Below are positions 43,416 to 53,750 of a stretch of 64,000 nt of DNA, in pieces. Both the position numbers and the translations under genes were made by a program. The notes under the pieces were generated by a model. That model was not told the origin of the DNA. It saw only the letters and a list, made by a program, of their open reading frames with translations, and searched no databases. The DNA is from an uncultured Chloroflexia bacterium (lineage in GTDB: Bacteria > Chloroflexota > Anaerolineae > CG2-30-64-16): NCBI GenBank assembly GCA_963695715.1, contig CAVOHP010000014.1, positions 154,612 through 218,611 of the forward strand, read 5' to 3'. Within the stretch, counting starts at the first letter, position 1; the number at the start of each line of letters is the position of its first letter.

Positions 43416-44714
43416 ATGAACGAGAACAAGATGCTCATTTGGGGCGCGGGGCGTATCGGAAGAGGATTCGTCGCCGATCTCTTTCAGCAGGCCGGATACG
43501 CATTGACCTTCGTTGATGCAGACAAATCGCTGGTGGAAGGGCTTAGGGCGGCAGGAAAGTTCGCGATATTGCATATACCCGGCAAGGATCAACCATCACA
43601 CTCTGAGGTGAGTGGGTTCGCAATACTCAACGCATCTGAGCGCATCGCCGTAGAAGCGGCGTTACGGGATTGCACGCTGATGTCCGTCTGCGTTTTCCCA
43701 TCCGCATTTGAAGAGGTCGCCGCTGCGCTGACGCCCGAATTGGAAAGACGCGCGGCGCAGGATTCGCCCGGGACATTGGATATCCTGATCTGCGCCAACA
43801 CAAATCATCCGTCGGCGCTCTTGCGGGCATGCTTCATGGGGAACCTCTCTCCGCGCGCGCAACGCTATTTGGAAGAAAGCGTCGGTCTGGTGGATACGGC
43901 GGTGATGCGCATGGCGATTATGCCCAATCCCGAACAGAGCGCCCTGGATCCGTTCATTGTCGTGACGAACGGATATGCAGAAATGCCCGTGGATGCCGCG
44001 GCCTTCAAGGGTGCGAAACCGGATGCGCCGGGCCTGGTTTTCGTGTCGAATATGCGCGCGGAAGAGACCCGCAAAATGTATACCTATAATATGCTGCATG
44101 CCCTCTACGCCTATGTGGGACAATCCAGGCAACTCGAGCTGGTTTACGATTGTACGCAGAACCCGGCGGTGGAAGCGGTGGCCGCCGGCGCCATGGATGA
44201 GGTGTGCGCGGCCTTAATGAAAGAGTTCGGTTACTCCGCCGCTGAGATGAACCGGTGGAAGGGCGTGGCCCTTAATAATATGGCGAATCCCGCCCTGATG
44301 GACAAACTCAAACGTGTGGGCGCGGATCCGGCGCGCAAGCTCAAGCGCGATGATCGCCTGGTTGGCCCGGCTCTCTTATGCCGAAAGCACGGCGTTATGC
44401 CGTATTATCTGGCAAAAGCTATTGCGGGAGGTTTCGTCTTCGAGAACTCCGACGACCCGTCTTGCGAAAGAATCAAGAATCATATCGCCGAACACGGAAT
44501 CAAGTCTGCGATCCGTGAGTTCTGCCAACTGGATCAGGAAGCGGAACTGATTCAGTTAATCGCCGAACAATATCAGAAGCACATCGGCGACGAGGCCCTG
44601 GATGAAGACCCCCGCGAGTGGCCGTCATCAAAAAGGCGTATGCACTCGGTTTCAAATATGAGCAAACCATCAAGGGGTGCGCGCAATGCACGCTGGCGAC
44701 CCTGGCCGAGCTGA
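43416..44714 (+). CDS. Mannitol-dehydrogenase-family (mannitol-1-phosphate 5-dehydrogenase-like) oxidoreductase
   Basis: MNENKMLIWGAGRIGRGFVADLF Rossmann N-terminus typical of the MtlD family; the last ~35 residues overlap the next gene and may be frame-shifted. Confidence 0.65.
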   Translation: MNENKMLIWGAGRIGRGFVADLFQQAGYALTFVDADKSLVEGLRAAGKFAILHIPGKDQPSHSEVSGFAILNASERIAVEAALRDCTLMSVCVFPSAFEEVAAALTPELERRAAQDSPGTLDILICANTNHPSALLRACFMGNLSPRAQRYLEESVGLVDTAVMRMAIMPNPEQSALDPFIVVTNGYAEMPVDAAAFKGAKPDAPGLVFVSNMRAEETRKMYTYNMLHALYAYVGQSRQLELVYDCTQNPAVEAVAAGAMDEVCAALMKEFGYSAAEMNRWKGVALNNMANPALMDKLKRVGADPARKLKRDDRLVGPALLCRKHGVMPYYLAKAIAGGFVFENSDDPSCERIKNHIAEHGIKSAIREFCQLDQEAELIQLIAEQYQKHIGDEALDEDPREWPSSKRRMHSVSNMSKPSRGARNARWRPWPS

Positions 44715-45121
44715 CCGGAAAGCCGGACCCGGCGCTGTTTCAGGCTGCCAGCGGCCTTTCGGGAGGCATTGGCCTCAGCGGAGATGGCTCCTGCGGCGGG
44801 TATACCGGCGGCGTCATGTACATGAGTTCGCTCGTGGGCCGGCGGTTGGATCACATTCCGGTGGATGGAGATAAGATCGCCCAGTATCGATCCTATGAAA
44901 TGGCCCAGAAGCTCCATGATCGCTATATCGAAACCTACGGGAGCGTGACTTGCTCCGATATTCACGGGGCTATTTTCGGGAGGGCGTATTGTCTACGCAC
45001 CAGCGAAGTGAGGGCCGAATTCGAGGCGGCCGGCGCGCACGCCGACAAATGCACTACGGTCATCGCCGCGGCAAGCGCCTGGGTCGCTGAAATCCTTTGG
45101 GATGAACAGCTCCTTCCGTAA
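44618..45121 (+). CDS. C_GCAxxG_C_C-family putative redox-active protein
   Basis: GTG start; KGCAQCTLATL motif (C-GCAxxG) plus downstream GSCGGYTGG and C...C. Confidence 0.55.
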   Translation: MAVIKKAYALGFKYEQTIKGCAQCTLATLAELTGKPDPALFQAASGLSGGIGLSGDGSCGGYTGGVMYMSSLVGRRLDHIPVDGDKIAQYRSYEMAQKLHDRYIETYGSVTCSDIHGAIFGRAYCLRTSEVRAEFEAAGAHADKCTTVIAAASAWVAEILWDEQLLP

Positions 45122-45161
45122 TCGCGCAACATCACAACACAAGGTCAATGGAGGAATGACA

Positions 45162-46430
45162 ATGCAAACGACAGCCGTCCGATTGCATGGCAAGAAGGAT
45201 TTGCGCCTGGAGACCCTCGCTCTGCCGAAAATCAAGGATGATGAAATCCTGGCCAAAGTAATCTCAGACAGCCTCTGCATGTCCACATACAAAGCTGCCC
45301 TGCAAGGCAGTGATCACAAGCGCGTTCCGGCTGATATTGACGTGGTTCCTGTCGTGGTCGGCCATGAGTTTGCGGGCGAGATTGTTGAGGTTGGGGATAG
45401 ATGGAAAGCCCAATTTGCGCCGGGAGACAAGTTTTCCATCCAGCCAAACATCAATTCGCGCGGACTGGGCTACGCGCCGGGTACTCCTTCCCATACTTCG
45501 GCGGAGACGCCACCTATATTGTGGTTCCGGGAGAGGTGATGGAGAAGGGTTGCCTGCTTGATTACGAAGGCGACGCCTTTTTCAAGGCATCGCTGGCCGA
45601 ACCGATGTCGTGCATCATCGCGGCCTTCCATGCGTCTTATCATACCGAAGAGGATGGGCAGGCTCACAAGATGGGCATAGTCGAAGGGGGAACCCTGGCG
45701 CTCCTCGCCGGAGCCGGCCCGATGGGTCTCGGCGCGATTGACGTCGCGCTGCATGGCGCGAGAAAACCGGCTCTGGTGGTGGTGACAGATATTGACGACG
45801 CAAGGCTGCGGAGGGCAAGCGCCCTCTTCACTCCTGAATCCGCCGCCAGAGCAGGGGTCCGGCTGGAGTATGTCAATACCAAAGATCGTGCGGATGCCGA
45901 CAGAGCATCTGCGAGAGTTGACCAACGGTAAGGGCTTCGACGACGTATTCGTCTTCGCACCCGTCAAGCCGGTGGTAGAGCTGGCAGATCGGATCCTGGG
46001 GAAAGATGGGTGTTTGAATTTCTTCGCCGGCCCCACGGATCCCAGGTTCTCGGCGGAATTCAATTTCTACAACGTGCATTATGCTTCAACCCATATCGTG
46101 GGCACCAGCGGCGGAAACACACAGAATATGGTGGAGGCCCTGGACCTGATGGGGAAAGGTCTGGTCAATCCCGCAGCCATGATCACCCACGTCGGCGGCC
46201 TGGACAGCGTCGCCGCCACGACCCTGAATCTCCCCCAGATACCGGGCGGGAAAAAGCTGATCTATACACACATCAAAATGGATTTGATCGCCATCGAAGA
46301 CCTGGCGAAGAGAGCAGAAACGGACCCCCGATTCGTTGAGCTGGCAGAAATCGTGCAAGAAAGCCAGGGCCTGTGGTCCGCCGCGGCTGAGCGGTATCTG
46401 CTTGCGAACGCTCCGGCCATACAGGCATAA
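45162..46430 (+). CDS. Zinc-dependent medium-chain dehydrogenase/reductase (polyol/sorbitol-dehydrogenase-like); two frameshifts (~45480 and ~45900)
   Basis: GGAGGA ribosome-binding site; CMSTYKAAL...GHEFAGEIVEVG (catalytic Zn ligands), GAGPMGLGAIDVAL Rossmann motif; three successive frames. Confidence 0.7.
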
Positions 46431-46441
46431 AGGGGATCATC

Positions 46442-47641
46442 ATGGAAGCGGTCGTCGCCGGACATATCTGCCTGGACCTGACGCCGGGCTTTGGGGAAAC
46501 AGCCGGAAAGCATCTTGGCGATATCCTGTTGCCAGGGAAATTGACCAATGTATCCGGGATCACGCTGTCAACGGGGGGTACGGTTTCCAATACCGGGATT
46601 GCACTCTCCATACTGGGCGTCAGTACGCAGCTTATGGGCAAAATCGGAGACGACTTCTTCGGGGATATCGTGCTGAAAATCTTGCAGCAGTATGACCTCG
46701 GCAGCGCCATGGCTGTCGCGAAGGGAGCGAAAACTTCCTACACGGTCATCGTCGCTCCGCCAGGAACCGATCGCATCTTCTTGCATGACCCGGGCGCCAA
46801 TGACACTTTTTGCGCTGATGATATTGCCTTCGACCTCGTAGGAAAGGCGCGACTGTTTCATTTCGGGTATCCGCCGGTCATGCGGCGCATGTACCAGAAC
46901 GGCGGCGCCGAATTGTTGGATATCTTCAAAAAGGCCCAGGCTGTGGGAGTCACGACTTCCATGGACATGACGGTTCCCGACTCCAGGTCGGAAGCGGGCC
47001 AGGTAGATTGGGAAGGGCTGCTCACACGGGTCCTGCCCCACGTGGATATTTTCGCGCCCAGCATCGAAGAGATTCTATACATGCTGCACCGTGAGGAGTT
47101 CACGCGGCTGGCGCGTATGAGCGCCGGGCGGGACTTTGTAGAGGCCCTCGACATCAACATCCTGCAAGGGCTGGGCGACAGGATCCTCGCGCTGGGCGCC
47201 AAAATCGCGCTGATCAAGTGCGGCAAGAGAGGATGCTATATCCGAACGGCCGATGCGGCCACGCTGTCAAGTATGGGCCGCGGTCAGCCCGCCGACAAGT
47301 CGAACTGGGGCGGGCGTGAGCTATTCGAGGAAACCTTCAAAGCACCGAACGTGGTTTCGACCACCGGGGCAGGGGATGCGTGTATCGCCGGCTTCCTGGC
47401 GGCTCTGCTGAAAGGCGAGGGAGTGGAAGAGGCGCTGAAGATCGCCTGCGCAACAGGCGCAGAGTGCGTGCAGACTTATGATGCGTTGAGCGGCATCAAG
47501 ACCCTGGATGAGACGAGGGCGCTCATCGCAAAAGGCTGGGCAAAGGAACCCATAACAGTGAATGGAGCTTATTGGCAATACGACAAACAGGGTACGGTCT
47601 GGTTCGGAAAGCAGGATATTCAATACCCCACGAGTGTTTGA
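46442..47641 (+). CDS. PfkB-family carbohydrate kinase
   Basis: N-terminal VVAGHICLDL..., C-terminal TTGAGDACIAGFLAALLKGE (PfkB signature 2); intact, 399 aa. Confidence 0.8.
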   Translation: MEAVVAGHICLDLTPGFGETAGKHLGDILLPGKLTNVSGITLSTGGTVSNTGIALSILGVSTQLMGKIGDDFFGDIVLKILQQYDLGSAMAVAKGAKTSYTVIVAPPGTDRIFLHDPGANDTFCADDIAFDLVGKARLFHFGYPPVMRRMYQNGGAELLDIFKKAQAVGVTTSMDMTVPDSRSEAGQVDWEGLLTRVLPHVDIFAPSIEEILYMLHREEFTRLARMSAGRDFVEALDINILQGLGDRILALGAKIALIKCGKRGCYIRTADAATLSSMGRGQPADKSNWGGRELFEETFKAPNVVSTTGAGDACIAGFLAALLKGEGVEEALKIACATGAECVQTYDALSGIKTLDETRALIAKGWAKEPITVNGAYWQYDKQGTVWFGKQDIQYPTSV

Positions 47642-47653
47642 GGAGGATCAAGA

Positions 47654-48686
47654 GATGTCGCCTTTCAAGTTTTCGGTTGGTCCCTGGAATGTGAGCGAAG
47701 GCTCCGATGCTTTCGGCCCGGAAGTCAGAAAGACCATCGCATTTGCGGAGAAGGTGAAGAACTTCAAGCGGATCGGCTTCGACGCGGTACAGTTTCACGA
47801 CGACGACGCGGTTCCCAATATCAATGATTTGACTGAAGCGCAAATCCGCGCGAGGGCGAGAGAAGTCAAAAAAGTTCTGGATGATAACGGCATGGCGGCG
47901 GAGTTCGTCGCCCCGCGTTTATGGTTCGACCCCAGAACGATAGATGGGGCATTCACGTCTAACAGCCAGACGGACCGGGAATTCGCGTTATGGCGCGCGT
48001 TCCGTACAGTGGATATCGCAAACGAACTGGGCTGCGATATGCTGGGCTTATGGTTTGCGCGTGAAGGAACCCTGTGCGCGGAAAGCAAGAATCCAGTTGA
48101 GGGCATAAAGCGGACCATCGAAGCCATCAACGCAATCCTCGAATACGATCCACATATCCGCGTCTTCATCGAAGCGAAGCCCAACGAGCCGACAGATCGA
48201 AGCTTCTGCCCGACCATGGGACACGCCATGGCGATCGCTGAAGCATCAAACGATCCGTCGCGGGTGGGCGGCATGATGGAATCGGCGCACGCCATCCTGG
48301 CCGGGTTGGATCCCGCCAACGAGATGTCTTTCGCGCTCGCATTCGGCAGGCTGTTTGGCGTCCATCTCAACGACCAGAACGGGATGAAATATGATCAGGA
48401 CAAGTCGTTCGGCGTAGAGAATATGCGCCAGGCGTTCAACCAGGTCAAGGTTCTTGTGGAAAACGATTACGGCAGCAAAGGTGAATATATCGGCCTCGAT
48501 GTCAAAGCCATGCGGACCCAGAAGGATGAGAGCTGTTACAAACATTTGGAAAACAGCATGCGCATCACGAAGATGCTGGAGGAAAAGGCCCGCAGGTTCG
48601 ATTATGCTTTCCAGAGCCAATGCGTGGAGGTCAGGGACTACGAAGCTCTCGAAATGTATGTGATGGAATTGTTGATGACCGGTTGA
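47654..48686 (+). CDS. xylA: Xylose-isomerase-like TIM-barrel protein, probably class I xylose isomerase
   Basis: GAGGAGG ribosome-binding site; FKFSVGPWNV, FHDDD, WFAREG, IEAKPNEP, PTMGHAMA, HLNDQNGMKYDQDKSFG match the FTFGLWTVG/FHDDD/WGGREG/IEPKPNEP/PTVGHALA/HIDLNGQ..KYDQDLRFG blocks of actinobacterial XylA. Confidence 0.65.
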
Positions 48687-48838
48687 GGTCCTCATTTACG
48701 CGCCCTGTTAGCCGTGAAGTTGTGATTGCCGGCGCGCCTGCTTCGCAGCGAAACTCGCGTCAACGCGGTTAACAGGGTCCACACAACTCAGCGGTGAATC
48801 TTAAGATCATTCAGGCAATAACTTTTGGAGGAGTTCGC

Positions 48839-49297
48839 ATGACAGAGATCAAGTTTCGCGGAAAGGGAAGAAGCGCCAGTCCTTCACAGACCATTGTGGA
48901 AACGAGAAAGTTTCGGATTGTTATTGACGAACCGAAATCCGCCGGCGGCACGAACGAAGCGGCGAATCCTGTCGAGTATCTTTTGGCCGCACTCGCCGGC
49001 TGTCTGAATGTTGTTGCCCACAATGTAGCTCGCGAACGAGGCATTGAGCTTCGTGGAGTTCAGATCTCGATCGAAGGCGATCTCGATGTTCAGCAATACG
49101 CCTCGGATGACAGGGAGAGCGCTGTCTATAAAGAGATCAGGGCAATCATCCAACCGGATACGGACATCCCGAATGAATTGCTGACGGACTGGTTGGAAGA
49201 GGTCGAGGAGCGCTGTGCGGTCAGCAGGACGCTGAAGGCGGCGATCCCTGTTGTCATATCGCTCCATGATGGTCACAAGCCAATGCGGATGAACTGA
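48839..49297 (+). CDS. OsmC/Ohr-family peroxiredoxin-like protein
   Basis: GGAGGAG ribosome-binding site; 152 aa; ...EYLLAALAGCLNVVAH... conserved Cys context. Confidence 0.8.
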   Translation: MTEIKFRGKGRSASPSQTIVETRKFRIVIDEPKSAGGTNEAANPVEYLLAALAGCLNVVAHNVARERGIELRGVQISIEGDLDVQQYASDDRESAVYKEIRAIIQPDTDIPNELLTDWLEEVEERCAVSRTLKAAIPVVISLHDGHKPMRMN

Positions 49298-49372
49298 CCG
49301 ACTTACAGACTCTCTCCGGGCATCGGTCACGACGAACGAAGAAAGATCGCTCTGCGCGGTCGAGAAAGCGAT

Positions 49373-49401
49373 TTGACACGATTTCGAATAGAAGCCATAA
49401 T
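49373..49401 (+). promoter_or_regulatory. Near-consensus sigma-70 promoter TTGACA-17-CATAAT upstream of the small ORF 49434-49676
   Basis: Read directly: ttgaca cgatttcgaatagaagc cataat. Confidence 0.5.
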
Positions 49402-49433
49402 GCGAACACTTGTTCTACCAGGAGATATAACAG

Positions 49434-49676
49434 ATGTCGCTCGAATTATGGTTTCGCCAGGATTTGAAGAATATCCTGCTCTCGATCAATGTGGCGTCGG
49501 CGGCTTCCGCGCGCTTCTCCGATGAAGCGCGGGTGATCGCTTACCGGCAGGGCTTCGAAGAGGCGCTGGAATTGGCGGCGGTGGCGCTGGGCATCCCGCC
49601 GGAAGAGGTGGGGCTGCATCCGGGGCGTGAGGGGCAGCCGGGCGAGCGGCTACGCGGGCTGCGCTTGCTCCGCTGA
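49434..49676 (+). CDS. Hypothetical small protein (80 aa)
   Basis: Strong ribosome-binding site CAGGAGAT and near-consensus promoter; no recognised motif; the Arg/Gly-rich C-terminus may run into antisense of the next gene. Confidence 0.35.
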   Translation: MSLELWFRQDLKNILLSINVASAASARFSDEARVIAYRQGFEEALELAAVALGIPPEEVGLHPGREGQPGERLRGLRLLR

Positions 49677-51330
49677 TGCGCCATCGCCATCGGTCGGCGA
49701 GATCGGGCCAGGCGCTGCGGGCCGCCCGGCGGGCGCGGCCTCAGGCTCGGGACCCGCGGGGGGCAGGGGTCTCAGCCGCTCCACCAATTGCAACACGTCG
49801 GTAGGGATCACGAACTTCGTTGCGGGGTTTTCCGCCATCTTCTCCAGCGCTTCAATCAACCGCATATTGAGCAACACCGCGGGATCCACATTTTGCACCC
49901 CGGCAATCCCATCAGAAATAGCCAGCATCATGGCGCGCTGCGCGACGGCGCGTTCGGCTTCCAATAACCGCAGATGCACGGCCTCCGCACGCGCCCGGGC
50001 CTGCCGCCTCGCGCTCCTCACGCTCCGCCGTATCCGCCTTCCAACCCGCCACTTGCCGGGCCTGAAGACTCTCGCGCACTTCCGCGGGGACGCGCACTTC
50101 TCCGAAATCCACGGCCGTCACGTTCACGCCCATCAGGTTCGCCGTGACGCGGTTGACCGCAGCCATCAACTCTTCCCGGAATGCCCAACGATTGGCATCG
50201 GCCAGCGGCAGGATTTCCTCGAGCGTGTGACGACCCACGACATCACGCGTCGCCGTCTCCACGACATTGCGAACGCTATCCCGCCAGTCATTGCCGCTCA
50301 TGGTCCAAACACGAGTGATCAGGATATCGGGGTCGAACGGAAAGCGCCCCTGTGGGTTGGAAGCGGGCGACGGAGGTATGGCGGGCGCGGGGACCGAGCC
50401 GTTCGAAGCGAGATTCGGCGCGGGGGGCGGCGCGGAAGCGGTCGCCGCCGCTTCAATCCCGTCCGCTTCGGGGGCAGGCGGCGGAGGAGAAGTCGCCGCA
50501 CTCGGCGCATTCGCGGCGCTCACAGTCGGGTCGGGAACCAACACCCTGTGGAAGGCCCACAGTTCGAAATTCTCGATCAGGATGCGATCGGCCGTGGCGA
50601 CGTTTGCGATGTTGAGATGCTCGGAACGCAGCGTTAGCGGCACGACCATGGCCACCCGCTCGTAAGGCGCCAACTGCGTCAGGCCGCTGCCCACAACCCG
50701 CGAGAACTGCCCGACCTTCTCCAGGATCACCGCATTCCCATCTTGCACGATCAGCGTGGCGGGGCCGCCCAGCGCCTCAAGGCTTTCGGTCTGATCGGCA
50801 ATGATCCGGCTCGTCCCATTGTTGACCACCCAGATACCCTTGTTGATGCCGACGATATCCTTCGCGGCGCTGACGGTTGCCTGTGGCTTCTGGCCCTGAT
50901 ACTGGTTATGCGCGCCGTAGGTCATACGGCCGTTGGCGATGGCAGTCGGAACAACAAAAACTGAACCCAGGATCAAAGCGATCAGCAGGGCGGCGATGAC
51001 GATCCAAAAGGAGCGCAGAGGGTTCGTCCCCAGCAGGAACGCCGTTACGCCGCTGCGGGTCAACAGGGCCGGATCGTTGGCCATGATGGACGCCAATAGC
51101 TCGTTCAGCAACCAGGCGACCAATAGCGCGGCCAGGGAAAAGACGCCCAGCGAAAAGAACAGGCGCGTGTTGAAGGTGGGCGACTTCGTGAAGCTGAACA
51201 TGCGCAGCGAGCACATGAAGAAGATCAATGCAACGAAGAATGCCGGGGCAGGCCATCCTATTTTGATGGAAATGAAAATCCCAATGAGAATGCCGACGAT
51301 TTCAGCTACCTGGCGCATGGAGAACCTCAA
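49650..51330 (-). CDS. SPFH/band-7 (stomatin/flotillin-like) protein with N-terminal 4-TM domain and a PA-rich insert; frameshift near 50000
   Basis: SPFH core IVGINKGIWVVNNGTSRIIADQTESLEALGGPATLIVQDGNAVILEK...; the C-terminal coiled region continues in ORF 49650-50021 (LEAERAVAQRAMMLAISDGIAGVQNVDPAVLLNMRLIEALEKMAENPATKFVIP). Confidence 0.65.
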
Positions 51331-51851
51331 TGTTGGGAGCAGGTAAGCATCTGACCTCGATGTCAGGCATGGCGGCGTCAGTATTGCGTCCTATCTGGAA
51401 TGAAACACAGTATAGTGCATATGCCGTTGCACGGCAAATGTTCTATTTTGCACGCAAGAGAGTCATTCTTGTCGGGTCGGATGAGGGTGATGGCTTATGA
51501 CCACCTGTCGCCAGCAGGAACTGCGGCGTCATCGCTGATGTGCCACTCGCCCAGCGCCACCGGCGCTTCATCGGCGTTAAAAAGCTCGATCCATCATGGA
51601 TCGCGACACAATCAACAACAAGGTATGGTGCTCAGCGCACGGCTTGTATTACCGGGGGGAAAGCGATGAGGTGAGCTGGACGCGAACGCTAGGTTCTACT
51701 GGAACCAAGCGTTGGCGAGACGGAGGGGTGGTCGAGAGTTTGGGCGAATTCCTCTGAAAAACGTTGGTGTAAATCATTGGGACGCCCAACAACCAAGCTC
51801 AGCGGACTGGCCCGCCGTGGCATGAGGTTAGGCACCATCGCTCCACAGCAG

Positions 51852-52478
51852 TCAGAGGGTCGAGCAATATGCGAGGAAGTCGGCGATTGGTGCATCTAGC
51901 TTCGCCCAGGGTCCATCGGAAAGTAGTAAAAATGCTCGTCGTTGAAGATCTGGTTTAGCGACCGAGACCGCCTCATGAGTTCTTGGATTGTGCATGAACC
52001 GTTCTAATACCCATCTGTATAGAAATTGGGGCTTCGGTGAGCTGCCGCGAAGCATGCGCCGAGTCGGCTGCGTCATCGGCACGCACCCAGATGTAGATCG
52101 GCCATCGTGCCACGGAGTAGGAGGAGTTGTACCTTGTACCCAGTAGCCCACCCTTCGCTCGGACATCACGATCTTCGGCGATTGTCTCAGGTGAACTGCT
52201 CCCGATAATGCTGAAGCGCCATCGTGAATCACGCAATGCCGATCAGCGGACGCGGGCGGCAACAAGGCGCGCACATCGTTGAATAGATCCATTCCAGGCC
52301 TTGCTACTGCGGCTGAGTACTTCGTGATGTCGTCAGTGTGATAGCAGGGGACTGGGGGGTTGTAGGGAAACAGAGGCATTTCGGAGTCCTCCCTCAAATG
52401 AACAACGCAACACAGCGACGGCTTTGACGGCAAACGTCCGCGCTTCAGATGCGGGGCGCTCGTTCCTAGCAGTATCAC
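51852..52478 (-). CDS. Hypothetical ORF within the lower-GC island (possibly a gene remnant)
   Basis: Longest ORF in a ~2.3 kb region with no convincing coding signal; no motif recognised. Confidence 0.25.
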   Translation of the reverse strand: MILLGTSAPHLKRGRLPSKPSLCCVVHLREDSEMPLFPYNPPVPCYHTDDITKYSAAVARPGMDLFNDVRALLPPASADRHCVIHDGASALSGAVHLRQSPKIVMSERRVGYWVQGTTPPTPWHDGRSTSGCVPMTQPTRRMLRGSSPKPQFLYRWVLERFMHNPRTHEAVSVAKPDLQRRAFLLLSDGPWAKLDAPIADFLAYCSTL

Positions 52479-53131
52479 AAGATAACGCGTGCGTCGGCTG
52501 CAAGTGTTGGTTAGGCGGCAGCGCGATTCTGGCGCTGCCTATTTGAACAAGACGACCAGACGCCAGAAGGCATCGGGACGTAATGGCGCGTGCGGTCGTA
52601 GTCGCTCCAAGTCGTCGGGTTAGCCCTCTTCAGGCCACGACCGTCAAGTCCCGCATCCTGTGCCAGTCAACCCGTTCGTGTCGGCCAGGCAAGAGACCGC
52701 CACCGCAGCGAGGCAGCGGTCGGGCAACTCGGCCGCGGCACGCCAGTGCGTGCGGTCCGCCGCTCGAGAAGCCCATAGTCCGGAATGTCTTTGCGCCGAA
52801 AGCCTTCACGACGTGCGCTGCATCCGTTGCGCCATTGACGATCTTACTGCACGGGCATTGACGCGACGTGCTGTTACCAGGGCACGACGATGAGCGGGGT
52901 AGGGGCGCCTCCTCCATGTGCCACGCTGGGGATCTGTGGGTGGCCTGGGCTGGCGAGTGGGCGTACCCTTCGCGCAAACGGGTTGCTGAACTACGCGTCA
53001 GGCGCTGAGTCAGGGCATTGCGATAGGCGATTTGGTGGCGCTCCACCGGTCGAAGCGCATAGTCGACCTCTCACCATATCCCGGCGGAATTCGGAACGCC
53101 AAGGATCGTGGGATTCCCTGACGCGCCCGCC

Positions 53132-53518
53132 TCACGTGGTCACTATCCAATCCTCTACGATGCGGCCATCAGCCAGACGATATATAATTTGACCGGATGA
53201 GGTGGTCGATTCGTTGGTTGCCGCGACACCCATGAACTCACCTCGTTGGGTCCCACGGAACGTATAGCGTGCGGCTACTCTATCGCCCTCGAGCGACCAG
53301 GTCTTCAATAGTGAAGTGCATGTCCGGGTAAGCTGCATGGAATGCCCTGACCGCTTGTTTGACGGCCTCGGGGCCGATAACATTGCTGCCATCTGGCCAG
53401 TGCCGGACATAGTCGGGCGAAAAGATCTCATCAGCCGCGGCCAGGTTGCCTTGGTTCCAGAGTTCGTTGAAGTTACGCCTGATGACACTGCGGTTCTGCT
53501 AATTAGCTCGGCTGGCAT
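53132..53518 (-). CDS. SnoaL-like / predicted ester-cyclase-family small protein; two single-nucleotide frameshifts
   Basis: GAGAGGAAG ribosome-binding site plus ATG at 53518; NRSVIRRNFNELWNQGNLAAADEIFSPDYVRHW...FTIEDLVA then GDRVAARYTFRGTQRGEFMGVAATN...GRIVEDWIVTT in the next frame; first shift fits an AAA-to-AA change in agaAAcc. Confidence 0.55.
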   Translation of the reverse strand: MPAELISRTAVSSGVTSTNSGTKATWPRLMRSFRPTMSGTGQMAAMLSAPRPSNKRSGHSMQLTRTCTSLLKTWSLEGDRVAARYTFRGTQRGEFMGVAATNESTTSSGQIIYRLADGRIVEDWIVTT

Positions 53519-53750
53519 GATCGTCTTCCTCTCTCTAGATCAGAATCCGCTCGATACCCAGAACAGCGGGGCAGGTTCTCTCATCCAGGCTGATCGCATC
53601 GTTGGTGCGGTCGTAGAGCTTTGTCGTGCGCGGCGACTCGCCGAAGGTCTAGCGATCTGAGAGCCAACGGCACCCTGTGGCTACGCCTACTCCATTGTAC
53701 TACCATTTTGACCGGGCGGCGCGGGGAATTTCTCATGAGCAGAAAGCCAA

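Noticed and set aside
44618-44714. Possible fusion or frameshift between the mannitol-DH-family gene and the C_GCAxxG_C_C gene
   Set aside because: The second gene has its own GTG start and the dehydrogenase length (433 aa) is within the family range; treated as separate overlapping genes, though the last ~35 dehydrogenase residues look low-complexity.
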